A stretch of 64,000 bases of DNA from Gaiellaceae bacterium. Its GTDB lineage: Bacteria; Actinomycetota; Thermoleophilia; Gaiellales; Gaiellaceae. The notes beneath the pieces are model-generated. The model was not told the origin of the DNA. It saw only the letters and a list, made by a program, of their open reading frames with translations, and searched no databases. Both the position numbers and the translations under genes were made by a program. The DNA is taken from NCBI GenBank assembly GCA_036526315.1, contig DATCYR010000087.1, forward strand, positions 5,203 to 69,202. The letters run 5' to 3'. Below, piece by piece: positions 1 through 9,266 of this stretch; position 1 is the stretch's first letter, and each line of letters begins with the position of its first letter.

Positions 1-131
1 GCTACGCGCGCCGCGACGTCCGGCCACTGACCGCGGTCGAGTACCTCCACCTCGTGTCCGCGCGAACGAAGCTCCTCGACGACGGCGTCTGCGACGGCTC
101 CCTCGTCGTCGGCTCCGAGGACTATCCGCAT
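1..131 (-). CDS. RpiB/LacA/LacB-family sugar-phosphate isomerase, N-terminal fragment (continues past window edge)
   Basis: Reverse strand from ATG at 131 reads MRIVLGADDEGAVADAVVEELRSRGHEVEVLDRGQWPDVAARV. This has the N-terminal layout of RpiB-like isomerases. Only about 43 codons are visible and it is not in the ORF track. Confidence 0.45.
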   Translation of the reverse strand, partial: MRIVLGADDEGAVADAVVEELRSRGHEVEVLDRGQWPDVAARV

Positions 132-173
132 CCGAATAGCGTGGCATACTCGAACAAGTGAACTGAACCGGGG

Positions 174-1604
174 GTGCGGCCCCCCAATACCGCACCCATG
201 GCTCACACCGCACTCGCCAGGTCGCCGCAGGTCCGCCACGACGCGACGTTTGCCGTCTGGGCGCCGGTCGCCCTCGTCGGCCTCGTCACGCTCGGCGTCG
301 CGATCGCCACGCTCGCCGGCGAACGGCTCGGCTGGCGCGACGCGCTCGGCATCGCGCTGCTCGTCGGTGCCGCGACGCTCGCCGAGGCCTTCCCGGTCCC
401 GATCGAAGGCGTCGCCGTCGGCTCGACGTCGCTCGCCACCGTCTTCCTCGTCGCGGTGGCGACGATCTACGGCTGGGCCGCGGCTGCCGTCGCCGGCTTC
501 ATCGCCATGGGCGTCGTCGAGGCGGCGCTCCGGCGGCCGTTCAGCCGCGCGGCCTTCAACTGCGGCGTCTATGCGCTGGCCGCCGGAGCGGCCGGCGGTG
601 TCGCGGACCGCTTCCAGGACGGCACGCTGCTCGGGTTGTCGCTCGGCGCGATGGCCGCCGCGTGCACGTTCTACGCCGTCAACATGGCGCTGCTCGCCGC
701 CGTGGTGACGCGTTCGCGGGGCGTCGCGTACGGGCCGACGCTCACGAACTACGTCCACCTGACGTTCGTGCCGTTCGCAGTCATGGCGTCGCTGGCGGTC
801 ATCCTCGTCGTGCTGTGGGACCGCTCGCCGTACGTCGCGGTGATCCTCGTCGGCCCGCTGCTCGCGACGGCGCTCTACCAGCGGTGGATCCACGGCGCGC
901 TGAACCGCCTCCGCGAGTTCGACCGGTTGAAGGACGAGTTCATCGCGATCGTCTCGCACGAGCTGCGCACGCCGCTGACGTCGGTCTACGGAGCGGCGAT
1001 GACGCTGGAGTCGCACGAGCTCGACGACGAGCGCAAGCACGCGCTGCTCGAGATCATCTCGACGGAGGCGGCGCGTCTGTCGCGGCTGCTCGACGACATC
1101 CTGTGGGTGAGCCGCCTCGACTCCGGCCGCGCGCAGCCGCACATCGCACCGGTTGCGCCGCTGCCGCTGACGGAGGAGATCGTCGACGCGACGCGCACGC
1201 ACCTGCCGGACACCTTGACCCTCGAGCTCGTGCACGATCCGCCGCTCCCGGACGTCGCCGCCGACTCCGACAAGCTGCGCCAGGTTCTCGTCAACCTCGT
1301 CGAGAACGCCGTCAAGTATTCGCGCGCGGGCAGGATCCAGGTGCGTTTGAGCAGCCACTACGGCAACGTGCGGTTCAGCGTCCGCGACGAGGGCCCCGGC
1401 ATCCCGCTGAATCAGCAGGAGCGCATCTTCGAGAAGTTCTACAGGCTCGATCCGCAGATGACGAAGGGCGTCGGCGGGACGGGGCTCGGCCTCTACATCT
1501 GCCGGGAGCTGGTCGAGACGATGGACGGCGACATGTGGGTCGAGTCGAGCCCGGGGCACGGCTCGACGTTCAGCTTCGAGCTGCCGGTCGCGCAGCTTTC
1601 GTGA
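174..1604 (+). CDS. Sensor histidine kinase with polytopic N-terminal membrane domain
   Basis: H-box FIAIVSHELRTPLTSVYG. HATPase_c motifs are present (NLVENAVKYS, RDEGPGIP, GGTGLGLYICRELV). About 240 aa of hydrophobic helices sit upstream. No response regulator is adjacent in the window. The start could also be ATG 198. Confidence 0.9.
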   Translation: MRPPNTAPMAHTALARSPQVRHDATFAVWAPVALVGLVTLGVAIATLAGERLGWRDALGIALLVGAATLAEAFPVPIEGVAVGSTSLATVFLVAVATIYGWAAAAVAGFIAMGVVEAALRRPFSRAAFNCGVYALAAGAAGGVADRFQDGTLLGLSLGAMAAACTFYAVNMALLAAVVTRSRGVAYGPTLTNYVHLTFVPFAVMASLAVILVVLWDRSPYVAVILVGPLLATALYQRWIHGALNRLREFDRLKDEFIAIVSHELRTPLTSVYGAAMTLESHELDDERKHALLEIISTEAARLSRLLDDILWVSRLDSGRAQPHIAPVAPLPLTEEIVDATRTHLPDTLTLELVHDPPLPDVAADSDKLRQVLVNLVENAVKYSRAGRIQVRLSSHYGNVRFSVRDEGPGIPLNQQERIFEKFYRLDPQMTKGVGGTGLGLYICRELVETMDGDMWVESSPGHGSTFSFELPVAQLS

Positions 1605-1689
1605 TCCCCCGCTGAGGGGAGCGCCGCGGGCGTCTCGATGCCGAATCAAAAGGCGTCCCCGCAGGCCCCCGTCCTCAAGGAGAAACGAC

Positions 1690-1776
1690 ATGCGGCTTCG
1701 CTCGTGGCTGGTCCCGGTCGCCATGCTCATGGCGGCGATCGGCGCCGGCTGGAAATGGGAGAACTTCCCCCACTGA
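1690..1776 (+). CDS. Hypothetical 28-aa hydrophobic peptide (MRLRSWLVPVAMLMAAIGAGWKWENFPH)
   Basis: AAGGAG at 1677-1682 lies 7 nt before ATG 1690. It encodes one predicted TM helix and is followed immediately by a perfect hairpin terminator. It is too short for the ORF track. Confidence 0.4.
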   Translation: MRLRSWLVPVAMLMAAIGAGWKWENFPH

Positions 1777-1787
1777 TCGATCGAGAC

Positions 1788-1812
1788 GAACGCCCACTTG
1801 CTGTGGGCGTTC
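1788..1812 (+). terminator. Hairpin terminator candidate
   Basis: Perfect 10-bp stem GAACGCCCAC / GTGGGCGTTC with loop TTGCT, followed by ACCCTTTC. Confidence 0.5.
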
Positions 1813-1941
1813 ACCCTTTCGAGTGATGCTCAGGCGCATCGCCGGCCGCGACACTCGAACCATGAAGCACCGGCACGCCGACGACGAGCTCACCGCCGTT
1901 CGGGCCGGCTGGACCTGGGACGAGTCGTAGCGGCGTTTTAG

Positions 1942-2310
1942 CCCGCGCCGTCCGGAAACCGTTCCCGCACGAGCACGTTCAATCACTTCCGCGGCGAGGA
2001 GCCGCCGCAGTTCGCGCACCCGTCGGAGCTCGAGCTGGCGAAGCTCCTGGACGCGAGCGGCATCCCCTGGGCGTACGAGCCGCACACGTTCCCGCTCGAG
2101 CTCGACGCGGAGGGGAAGGTGACCGAGGCATTCACGCCCGACTTCTTCCTGCCCGACGCCGGTATCTACGTGGAGTGCACGACGACGAAGCGGTCGTTGA
2201 TGTCCCGCAAGCGCCGAAAGGTGCGGAAGGCGCGCAAGCTGCACGGCCTCACGATCACGTTGCACGAGCGGCACGACTTCGAACGGCTCCTGCGGCGATA
2301 CGGACGTTAG
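1942..2310 (+). pseudogene. PD-(D/E)XK (TnsA / endonuclease-I-like) nuclease-fold ORF lacking a canonical start
   Basis: The open frame reads ...HPSELELAKLLDASGIPWAYEPHTFPLELDAEGKVTEAFTPDFFLPDAGIYVECTTTKRS... It contains the TPDF ... vE.(x)K pattern. Between the upstream stop (1939) and GTG 2119 there is no ATG/GTG/TTG, and GTG 2119 would cut off the conserved N-terminal part. Confidence 0.4.
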
Positions 2311-2319
2311 TGTTGCCCG

Positions 2320-2757
2320 GTGCGGGTCTACTTTGCGGGGCCGCTCTTCACCCCGTACGAGCGGTCGTTCATCGACGAGTGCGCTGCACGGCTGCGTGCT
2401 GAGGGCGTCGAGGTCTTCGTCCCGCACGAGAACGCGCTCGCGCTCCCGGACACCAAGCCTGGGACCATCTTCGCCAAGGACTGGGACGGCCTCTCGACCG
2501 CCGACGCCGTCGTCGCGCTCCTCGACGGGCCGATGGTCGACGACGGCACAGCGTGCGAGATCGGGATCTTCTACGCCCTCATGCAGAGCGACCCGTCGAA
2601 GAAGGGGATCGTCGGCCTGCTCACGGATCTGCGCAGCACGCTCGGTCACGAGGGACACGGCCTGAACCTTTTCGTCCACGGTTGCATCGAGGCAGGCGGG
2701 CGGATCTGCACGACGCTCGACGACGTCGTCGGGACGCTCGCCGAGTGGCAGGAGTAG
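2320..2757 (+). CDS. Nucleoside 2-deoxyribosyltransferase-family protein
   Basis: MRVYFAGPLFTPYERSF..., plus VVALLDGPMVDDGTACEIGIFYAL, the typical YFAGPLF and DxGTxxEIG motifs. GTG start. Confidence 0.8.
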   Translation: MRVYFAGPLFTPYERSFIDECAARLRAEGVEVFVPHENALALPDTKPGTIFAKDWDGLSTADAVVALLDGPMVDDGTACEIGIFYALMQSDPSKKGIVGLLTDLRSTLGHEGHGLNLFVHGCIEAGGRICTTLDDVVGTLAEWQE

Positions 2758-2780
2758 CCGCGACGTAGTCTTCGTTCGCG

Positions 2781-3662
2781 TTGCGGACGGAGCGTGGGCT
2801 GAAGGCGGCGGGCCTCGCGGTAGGCCTGCTCGGCCTGCTGCTCCTCGTCGCGATGGGTGCGCGCGAAGAGCATCCGGGGACGAGCGGCCACGTCGCCACT
2901 CGCGCCGTGCCGAACACGGTTCAGGACAGCTTCATCACGCTGCTAGCGGTCGTCTACGTCCTCCTGATCGTCGCGATCCTGGTCGGTCTCTTCCGCTACC
3001 GCGATCGGTGGCACGACCCGCAGTCGAGCTGGCTGAAGAACTTCGCGCTCGTCCTCCTCCTGATGGGCATCGCGACCGCCGTCGGCTACTTCGCCATCAG
3101 TCACAGCCACCTCCGCCAGCAGGCGGCCAAGGTCCAGCGCGCGCAGGCGGGCTCGGGAGGGGGGTCGCAGAACCGGATCCACCACCTGCCGGCGACGTCA
3201 GCGCGGGAGGCGCACGTCGAGTGGCCTCTCGTCGCGGGAATCGGCGGTCTCGTTCTGCTCACGGGCGTCTGGCTGTACGTGCGCAGCCGCCGGCGGCTCG
3301 CCCCGCTGCTGGAGGAGCACGGGCTCGAGGCCGACATCGTCAGCGCGATCGAGACGACGGTCGACGACCTCCGCCGCGAGCCGAACCCGCGACGTGCCGT
3401 CATCGCGGCGTACGCAGTGATGGAGCGGACGCTCGCGAAGCACGGATTCGCCCGCGGCCGTGCCGAGGCGCCCCACGAGTATCTCGCGAACATCCTGCGC
3501 GGCCTCCGCGTGCGCGAGAGCGCGGCCCGGACGTTGACGCAGCTCTTCGAGTACGCGAAGTTCAGCCGGCACGAGATCAGCCCGGCGATGAAGGAGGACG
3601 CGATCGAGGCGTTGCTCGCGATCCGCGACGACTTGCAGCACGACGAAATGCGCGCCGCGTGA
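2781..3662 (+). CDS. DUF4129-like membrane protein
   Basis: N-terminal TM helices. The C-terminal block PHEYLANILRGL...LTQLFEYAKFSRHEISPAMKEDAIEAL resembles DUF4129. TTG start. Its stop overlaps the next start (GTGA). Confidence 0.7.
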   Translation: MRTERGLKAAGLAVGLLGLLLLVAMGAREEHPGTSGHVATRAVPNTVQDSFITLLAVVYVLLIVAILVGLFRYRDRWHDPQSSWLKNFALVLLLMGIATAVGYFAISHSHLRQQAAKVQRAQAGSGGGSQNRIHHLPATSAREAHVEWPLVAGIGGLVLLTGVWLYVRSRRRLAPLLEEHGLEADIVSAIETTVDDLRREPNPRRAVIAAYAVMERTLAKHGFARGRAEAPHEYLANILRGLRVRESAARTLTQLFEYAKFSRHEISPAMKEDAIEALLAIRDDLQHDEMRAA

Positions 3663-4170
3663 ACCGCATCACGGCACGCGCCGTCAAATGGGGGCTGGTC
3701 GTCACGGCGGCGGCCGGCATCGCCGCGCTGGCGAGTTCCGGCGCGAACGCGATCGTCCTCGACGTCTACCTCCTCTGCATCGGCGCGGTCATCCTGCTCG
3801 CGCTCGTCCGCTTGACCCGCGCGGCGGCTGCCGCGCCGCGAACGTCGGCGTTCGACACGGCGCTCGCCGCGATGCGCCGGCCGGCTGCTGAGACGGGGGA
3901 GCTGACGCTCGTCCGCGAGGTCGAGCTCTCGACGTACAACGCCTTCCACTTCCATTCGCGCCTACGGCCGCTGCTGCGCGACATCGCGGCGCACCGGCTG
4001 CGCGCGCGCTACGCCGTCGAGCTCGAGGCCGAGCCCGCGCGCGCGCGCGAGCTGGTCGGGCGGGAGGCGTGGGACGTCGTCCGGCCCGACCGGCGGCCGC
4101 CGGCGGACCGGATGGCGGCCGGCCCGACGCTCGCGGAGCTCGAAGTCGTCGTCGGCGAGCTGGAGGCGCT

Positions 4171-4174
<4 letters not shown>
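3659..4174 (+). CDS. Hypothetical membrane protein of the MoxR module
   Basis: GTG 3659 overlaps the DUF4129 stop. Two TM helices (GLVVTAAAGIAALA, LDVYLLCIGAVILLALV) are followed by a soluble tail. Its stop overlaps the MoxR start (GTGA at 4171). Confidence 0.55.
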
Positions 4175-5135
<961 letters not shown>

Positions 5136-5139
<4 letters not shown>

Positions 5140-6398
5140 CGCCGAAGCTCCCCGCGTACGCCGGGCTCGCGGCGCTCGGCCTGCTCGCGGCGCTCGCGGT
5201 ACGGCGGCCGGAGCTGGCGGTCGTCGCCGCCCCGTTCGCGCTCTACGCCGGCATCGGCCTGCTGCTCGCGCGTCGGCCGCGGATCGACGCCGAGGTCGAG
5301 CTGGAGGGCGAGCGAGTGCTCGAGGGCGACGAGCTGGAGGCTCGCGTGACGCTCAGCGCGGAAATCGGCGCCGAGCGGGTCGAGGTGCTGCTCCAGCTGC
5401 CGCGCGAGCTCGTCGTCGCCGAGGGCGTCAACCCGGTGCAGCTCCGTCTTGCCGACGGCGACCGGCGCGAGCTGACGTTTCGGCTGCGGTGCGCGCGCTG
5501 GGGCGCGTTTCGAGTCGGCCGCATCTTCCTGCGGACGCACGACGCATTCGGTCTCTTCGTGCACGAGGCCACGCTCGACCTCCGCCGACCGCTCAAGGCC
5601 TATCCGTCCGAAGAGCACGTCCGGAACCTCCTCAAGCCGCTGGAGACGCAGGTGTTCGCGGGCAACCACGTGGCGCGGCAGAAGGGGGAGGGGATCGAGT
5701 TCGCGGACCTCCGACGGTTCGTTCCCGGAGACCGCATCCGGCACGTCAACTGGCGTGCCAGCGCGCGCCGCGGCGAGCTCTGGATCAACGAGCACCACGC
5801 CGAGCGGAACGCCGACGTCGTGCTCCTGCTCGATTCCTTCGCCGAGGCGCGCAGAGGGGACAGCAGCACGCTCGACCCTGCGCTCCGTGCAGCCGGGACC
5901 CTTGCCGCGCGCTATCTACGCGAGAAGGACCGGGTCGGCTTCGTCACGTTCGGCGGCATCCTCAACTGGCTGCTGCCGACGACCGGGGCGGTGCAGCTGT
6001 ACCGCATCGTCGACGCGATGCTCGACACGCAGATCGTCCTCAGCTTCGCGTGGCGCGACATCGGCACCGTGCCGCGACGCACGCTGCCGCCGCAGGCGCT
6101 CGTGATCGCGCTCACGCCGCTACTCGACGACCGGGCCGAGGCGGCGCTGCTCGACCTGCGCGGACGCGGCTTCGACCTCGTCGTCGTCGAGATCTCGCCG
6201 CTGTCACTCCTGCCCGAGCCGCGCGGCGAGGCCGGACGGCTTGCCGACAGGCTGTGGCGGCTGCGCCGCGACGCCGTCCGCGGACGGTTCGAGCGCGCCG
6301 GCATCCCGGTCGCGGTGTGGGGCGACGAGACGTCCCTGGCCGCCGCATTGGAGGAGGTGAGTGCATACAGGCGTCACGCGAGACCGCTGAGCGCCTGA
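5136..6398 (+). CDS. DUF58 domain protein (vWA-like partner of MoxR)
   Basis: GEGIEFADLRRFVPGDRIRHVNWRASARRGELWINEHHAERNADVVLLLD is the DUF58 signature. There is an N-terminal TM hairpin and a 4-nt overlap with moxR. Confidence 0.85.
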
Positions 6399-6895
6399 CG
6401 ACCGCCGTTGTCGCGCTCGTCCTGGCGGCAGGCATCGTCGCGTATGCCGATGTCGCGAGCGACCGGCTGCCCGAGGTGGCCGGCGGAGTCGGCGTCGCGG
6501 GCTGCGCGCTGACGGCGTTCGCGCTGCTTACGCGGTGGCGGACCGTCTTCCCGTTCGGGCTCGCGCTCGTCGGGACGTCGTACGCCGTCTACCTCGCGCT
6601 GCGGAACGGGGCTGTCGACGCGCGTGCGCCTGCCGTCGCCGCGGCGCTATTCGCGGCCGCAGAGCTCGGCTTCTGGTCGCTCGAGCGGACGCCGTCGCCG
6701 AGCGAGACGACCGTGCTCGTGCGGCGCGTGGCCGCGCTCGCCGCGAGCGTGCTGCTCACGGCGCTCGTCGGCAGCCTGCTGCTCGTGCTGGCAACCGGCG
6801 CAACCGGTGGCGTCGGCCTCGAAGCCGCGGGCGTGGCAGCAGCAGTGCTGGCCGTCGCGCTGATCGCCCGGCTGGCGTCGCGCGCGTCAGTCTGA
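6395..6895 (+). CDS. Polytopic membrane protein, start codon unresolved
   Basis: Four to five hydrophobic helices (VVALVLAAGIVAY..., VAGCALTAFALL, FGLALVGTSYAVYLAL, AAALFAAAELGFW, AASVLLTALVGSLLLVLA). No in-frame ATG/GTG/TTG lies ahead of the first helix; only CTG 6395 and ATA 6365 are available. Confidence 0.45.
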   Translation: MTTAVVALVLAAGIVAYADVASDRLPEVAGGVGVAGCALTAFALLTRWRTVFPFGLALVGTSYAVYLALRNGAVDARAPAVAAALFAAAELGFWSLERTPSPSETTVLVRRVAALAASVLLTALVGSLLLVLATGATGGVGLEAAGVAAAVLAVALIARLASRASV

Positions 6896-7024
6896 CGTGA
6901 CGTTGTCGGCGTCGCCGCCGGACGTCTTCGCCCACGGCTCGCCGTTGCTCGGCGTCTCTTCTTCCTGCTGCTCGAGCTCGTCGCCCGGCTCTTCGGGCTC
7001 GTCGTCGAATCGCTTTTCGCTCAT
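6887..7024 (-). CDS. Hypothetical small acidic protein (45 aa)
   Basis: MSEKRFDDEPEEPGDELEQQEEETPSNGEPWAKTSGGDADNVTSD. The ATG lies 4 nt after the stop of the preceding minus-strand ORF. Confidence 0.3.
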   Translation of the reverse strand: MSEKRFDDEPEEPGDELEQQEEETPSNGEPWAKTSGGDADNVTSD

Positions 7025-7028
7025 GTCG

Positions 7029-7250
7029 TCACTCTTCACCGAGTTCCTCCGCAAGCAAACCGCACGCGTACGCGCGCCAGGCGCGTTCGTCGTCACCCAG
7101 GGCGGCGAGCTGCTCCGACGCGGCGAGGAGCGCAGCCCGCCGCTCCGGCGTGTCGAGATCGCGCGCCAGCTCGAGCACCGCGGGGTCGTTCAGCGCCGGC
7201 TCGCGATGCAGGTCACCGCCCGCTGCGAAGACGAGCAGCGCTCGCCGCAC
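7029..7250 (-). CDS. Hypothetical protein (73 aa)
   Basis: Only a GTG start is available in this frame. It lies downstream of the aminotransferase on the same strand and has no recognisable motif. Confidence 0.3.
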   Translation of the reverse strand: MRRALLVFAAGGDLHREPALNDPAVLELARDLDTPERRAALLAASEQLAALGDDERAWRAYACGLLAEELGEE

Positions 7251-7323
7251 GGCCGCGTTGCGTTCGTCCTCGGCGAGCGGAACCTGCCGTCCCGCGACGT
7301 ACGCGGCGACGACGAGGTCGACG

Positions 7324-8676
7324 TCAGTCGGCGTGCTCGTCGGCGACGGCGAGGGCTTCGTCGAGGATGGAGATCCCTTCCCCGAGCTCCTCGCGCGTGA
7401 TCGTCAGCGGCGGGCAGACCATGACGACGTTCCAGTGCGTCATCAGGTACAAGCCGCGATCGAGCGCCGCCTTGTAGACGCGGGCGACCGGCGCGAACGC
7501 CTCGCCGACCGCGTTGAACGGGACGAGCGGCTCGCGTGTCTCGCGGTTCTTGACGAGCTCGATCCCCCAGAAGCAGCCGAGCCCGCGCACCTCACCGATC
7601 GACGGATGCTTGTCCTTCAGCGCGTGCAGGTGCTCGGCGAAGACAGGCCCCATCTCTGCGGCATGCTCGACGATGCCTTCCTCCTTGAACGCCTCGATCG
7701 ACGCGACGCCCGACGCGCACGCGAGCGGGTGTCCCGAGTACGTGAGCCCGCCGGCGAAGTACTTGTCGCGCACCCAGTCGGCGATCGGCTTGCGCACGAC
7801 CATCGCGCCGAGCGGGATGTAGCCGGAGTTGATCCCCTTCGCGACGGTGAGGATGTCCGGGACGACGTCCCAGTTCTCCACGCCGAACCACTTGCCGGTG
7901 CGGCCGAAGCCCGCCATCACCTCGTCGGCGATGAGGACGATCCCGTGCCTGTCGCAGACCTCGCGGATGGACTGCAGGTAACCGTCCGGCGGGACGATGA
8001 TCCCGTTCGTCCCCGTGACCGTCTCGAGGATGACGGCGGCCACGGTCTGCGGGCCCTCGTACTGGAGGATCTCCTCGAGGTGCGGCGCGCCGCTGCAGAC
8101 GGGGCACGGGTCGGGATGACCTGCGGGGCAGCGGTACGTGTACGGATCGAGCATCCGCACGACGCCGGGGATGCCCGGCTCCGCCGGCCACCGCCGCGGA
8201 TCGCCGGTGAGCGTGATCGCGCCGCCGGTCGCGCCGTGGTAGGAGCGGTAGCGAGCGACGATCTTGTGGCGGCCGGTGTACCAGCGCGCGAGCTTGATCG
8301 CGTTCTCGTTCGCCTCGGCGCCGCCGTTCGTGAAGAACGACATCTCCAGGTCGCCGGGCGTCACTTCGGCGAGCAGCCGCGCGAGCGTCGAGCGCGGCTC
8401 GGTCGCCATCGGCGGGCCGATCGTGCAGAGCTTCTCGGCCTGTTCCTTGATCGCCGCGACGATCTTCGGGTGCTGGTGCCCGATCGAGACGTTGACGAGC
8501 TGCGAGGCGAAATCGAGGTAGCGCTTGCCGTCGAAGTCCCAGAAGTAGCGTCCCTCGCCGCCGGCGACGGGGATCGGGTCGAGCGCGTTCTGCACCGACC
8601 ACGAGTGCAGGACGTAGCGCTTCGCGTCCTCGACGACCTGCCGGCCGACCTCGGTGTTGGCCTCGACGATGGCCAC
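7324..8676 (-). CDS. Class-III (omega) aminotransferase, PLP-dependent
   Basis: YLDFASQLVNVSIGHQHPKIVAAIKEQ, IADEVMAGFGRTGKWF and TVAKGINSGYIPLGA (PLP-lysine region) are typical of beta-alanine / omega-amino acid:pyruvate aminotransferases. Confidence 0.9.
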   Translation of the reverse strand: MAIVEANTEVGRQVVEDAKRYVLHSWSVQNALDPIPVAGGEGRYFWDFDGKRYLDFASQLVNVSIGHQHPKIVAAIKEQAEKLCTIGPPMATEPRSTLARLLAEVTPGDLEMSFFTNGGAEANENAIKLARWYTGRHKIVARYRSYHGATGGAITLTGDPRRWPAEPGIPGVVRMLDPYTYRCPAGHPDPCPVCSGAPHLEEILQYEGPQTVAAVILETVTGTNGIIVPPDGYLQSIREVCDRHGIVLIADEVMAGFGRTGKWFGVENWDVVPDILTVAKGINSGYIPLGAMVVRKPIADWVRDKYFAGGLTYSGHPLACASGVASIEAFKEEGIVEHAAEMGPVFAEHLHALKDKHPSIGEVRGLGCFWGIELVKNRETREPLVPFNAVGEAFAPVARVYKAALDRGLYLMTHWNVVMVCPPLTITREELGEGISILDEALAVADEHAD

Positions 8677-8685
8677 GGCGAGAGC

Positions 8686-9216
8686 TTACGGGAACTTCGT
8701 AGGGATGTGAGCCGGCGGCCTGCCGACGACGAGCGCGATCTCGCGCTTGTCCTTGAGCTGGATCGTGCGCGGGTCGCCGCTCCAACGTTTGCCGTCGACG
8801 TAGACCTTCGCCTTCGCCGGCAGCTTGACGCCCCACTCGGTGAAGAACTGTCCCAGCCGGTTGAACTGATCCTTCTTCGCCTCGGTGTGGAGCACGCCGT
8901 CGTCGAAGTGCGTGTGCAGCGGCGAGATGCACGGCTTGTCGCACGGCGGGGCGATCCCTCCGTACCCCGTCGAGCCGTCCTGCGGGTTCTCGAACTTGTG
9001 CACGGCCTTGTCGTGCACGTCGATGCCGATGCCGGCGGGAACGACGACGCGCTTGCCGTTGACGAACACGTCGAGGTGCGAATGGACGTGGAGGAACACG
9101 AACTCGTGCGTCTCCGGCGTGAGGCCCGCCTTGCGCGCCAGCTGCATCGGGTTCGGCGGCGCCGGCCAGACGGGAGCCGCGGCGACGGCGGCCAGCAAGG
9201 CGACTGCGCGGATCAT
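8686..9216 (-). CDS. Secreted hypothetical protein, His/Cys-rich
   Basis: Signal-like N-terminus MIRAVALLAAVAAAPVWPAP. HVHSHLD and CDKPCISPLHTHFDDGVLHTE are present. Its stop lies 9 nt upstream of the aminotransferase start. Confidence 0.6.
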   Translation of the reverse strand: MIRAVALLAAVAAAPVWPAPPNPMQLARKAGLTPETHEFVFLHVHSHLDVFVNGKRVVVPAGIGIDVHDKAVHKFENPQDGSTGYGGIAPPCDKPCISPLHTHFDDGVLHTEAKKDQFNRLGQFFTEWGVKLPAKAKVYVDGKRWSGDPRTIQLKDKREIALVVGRPPAHIPTKFP

Positions 9217-9266
9217 CCGGCGAAGCCTAGGCGCGATACCCTGGGCGCGTCACGCGAGGAGGAGAG

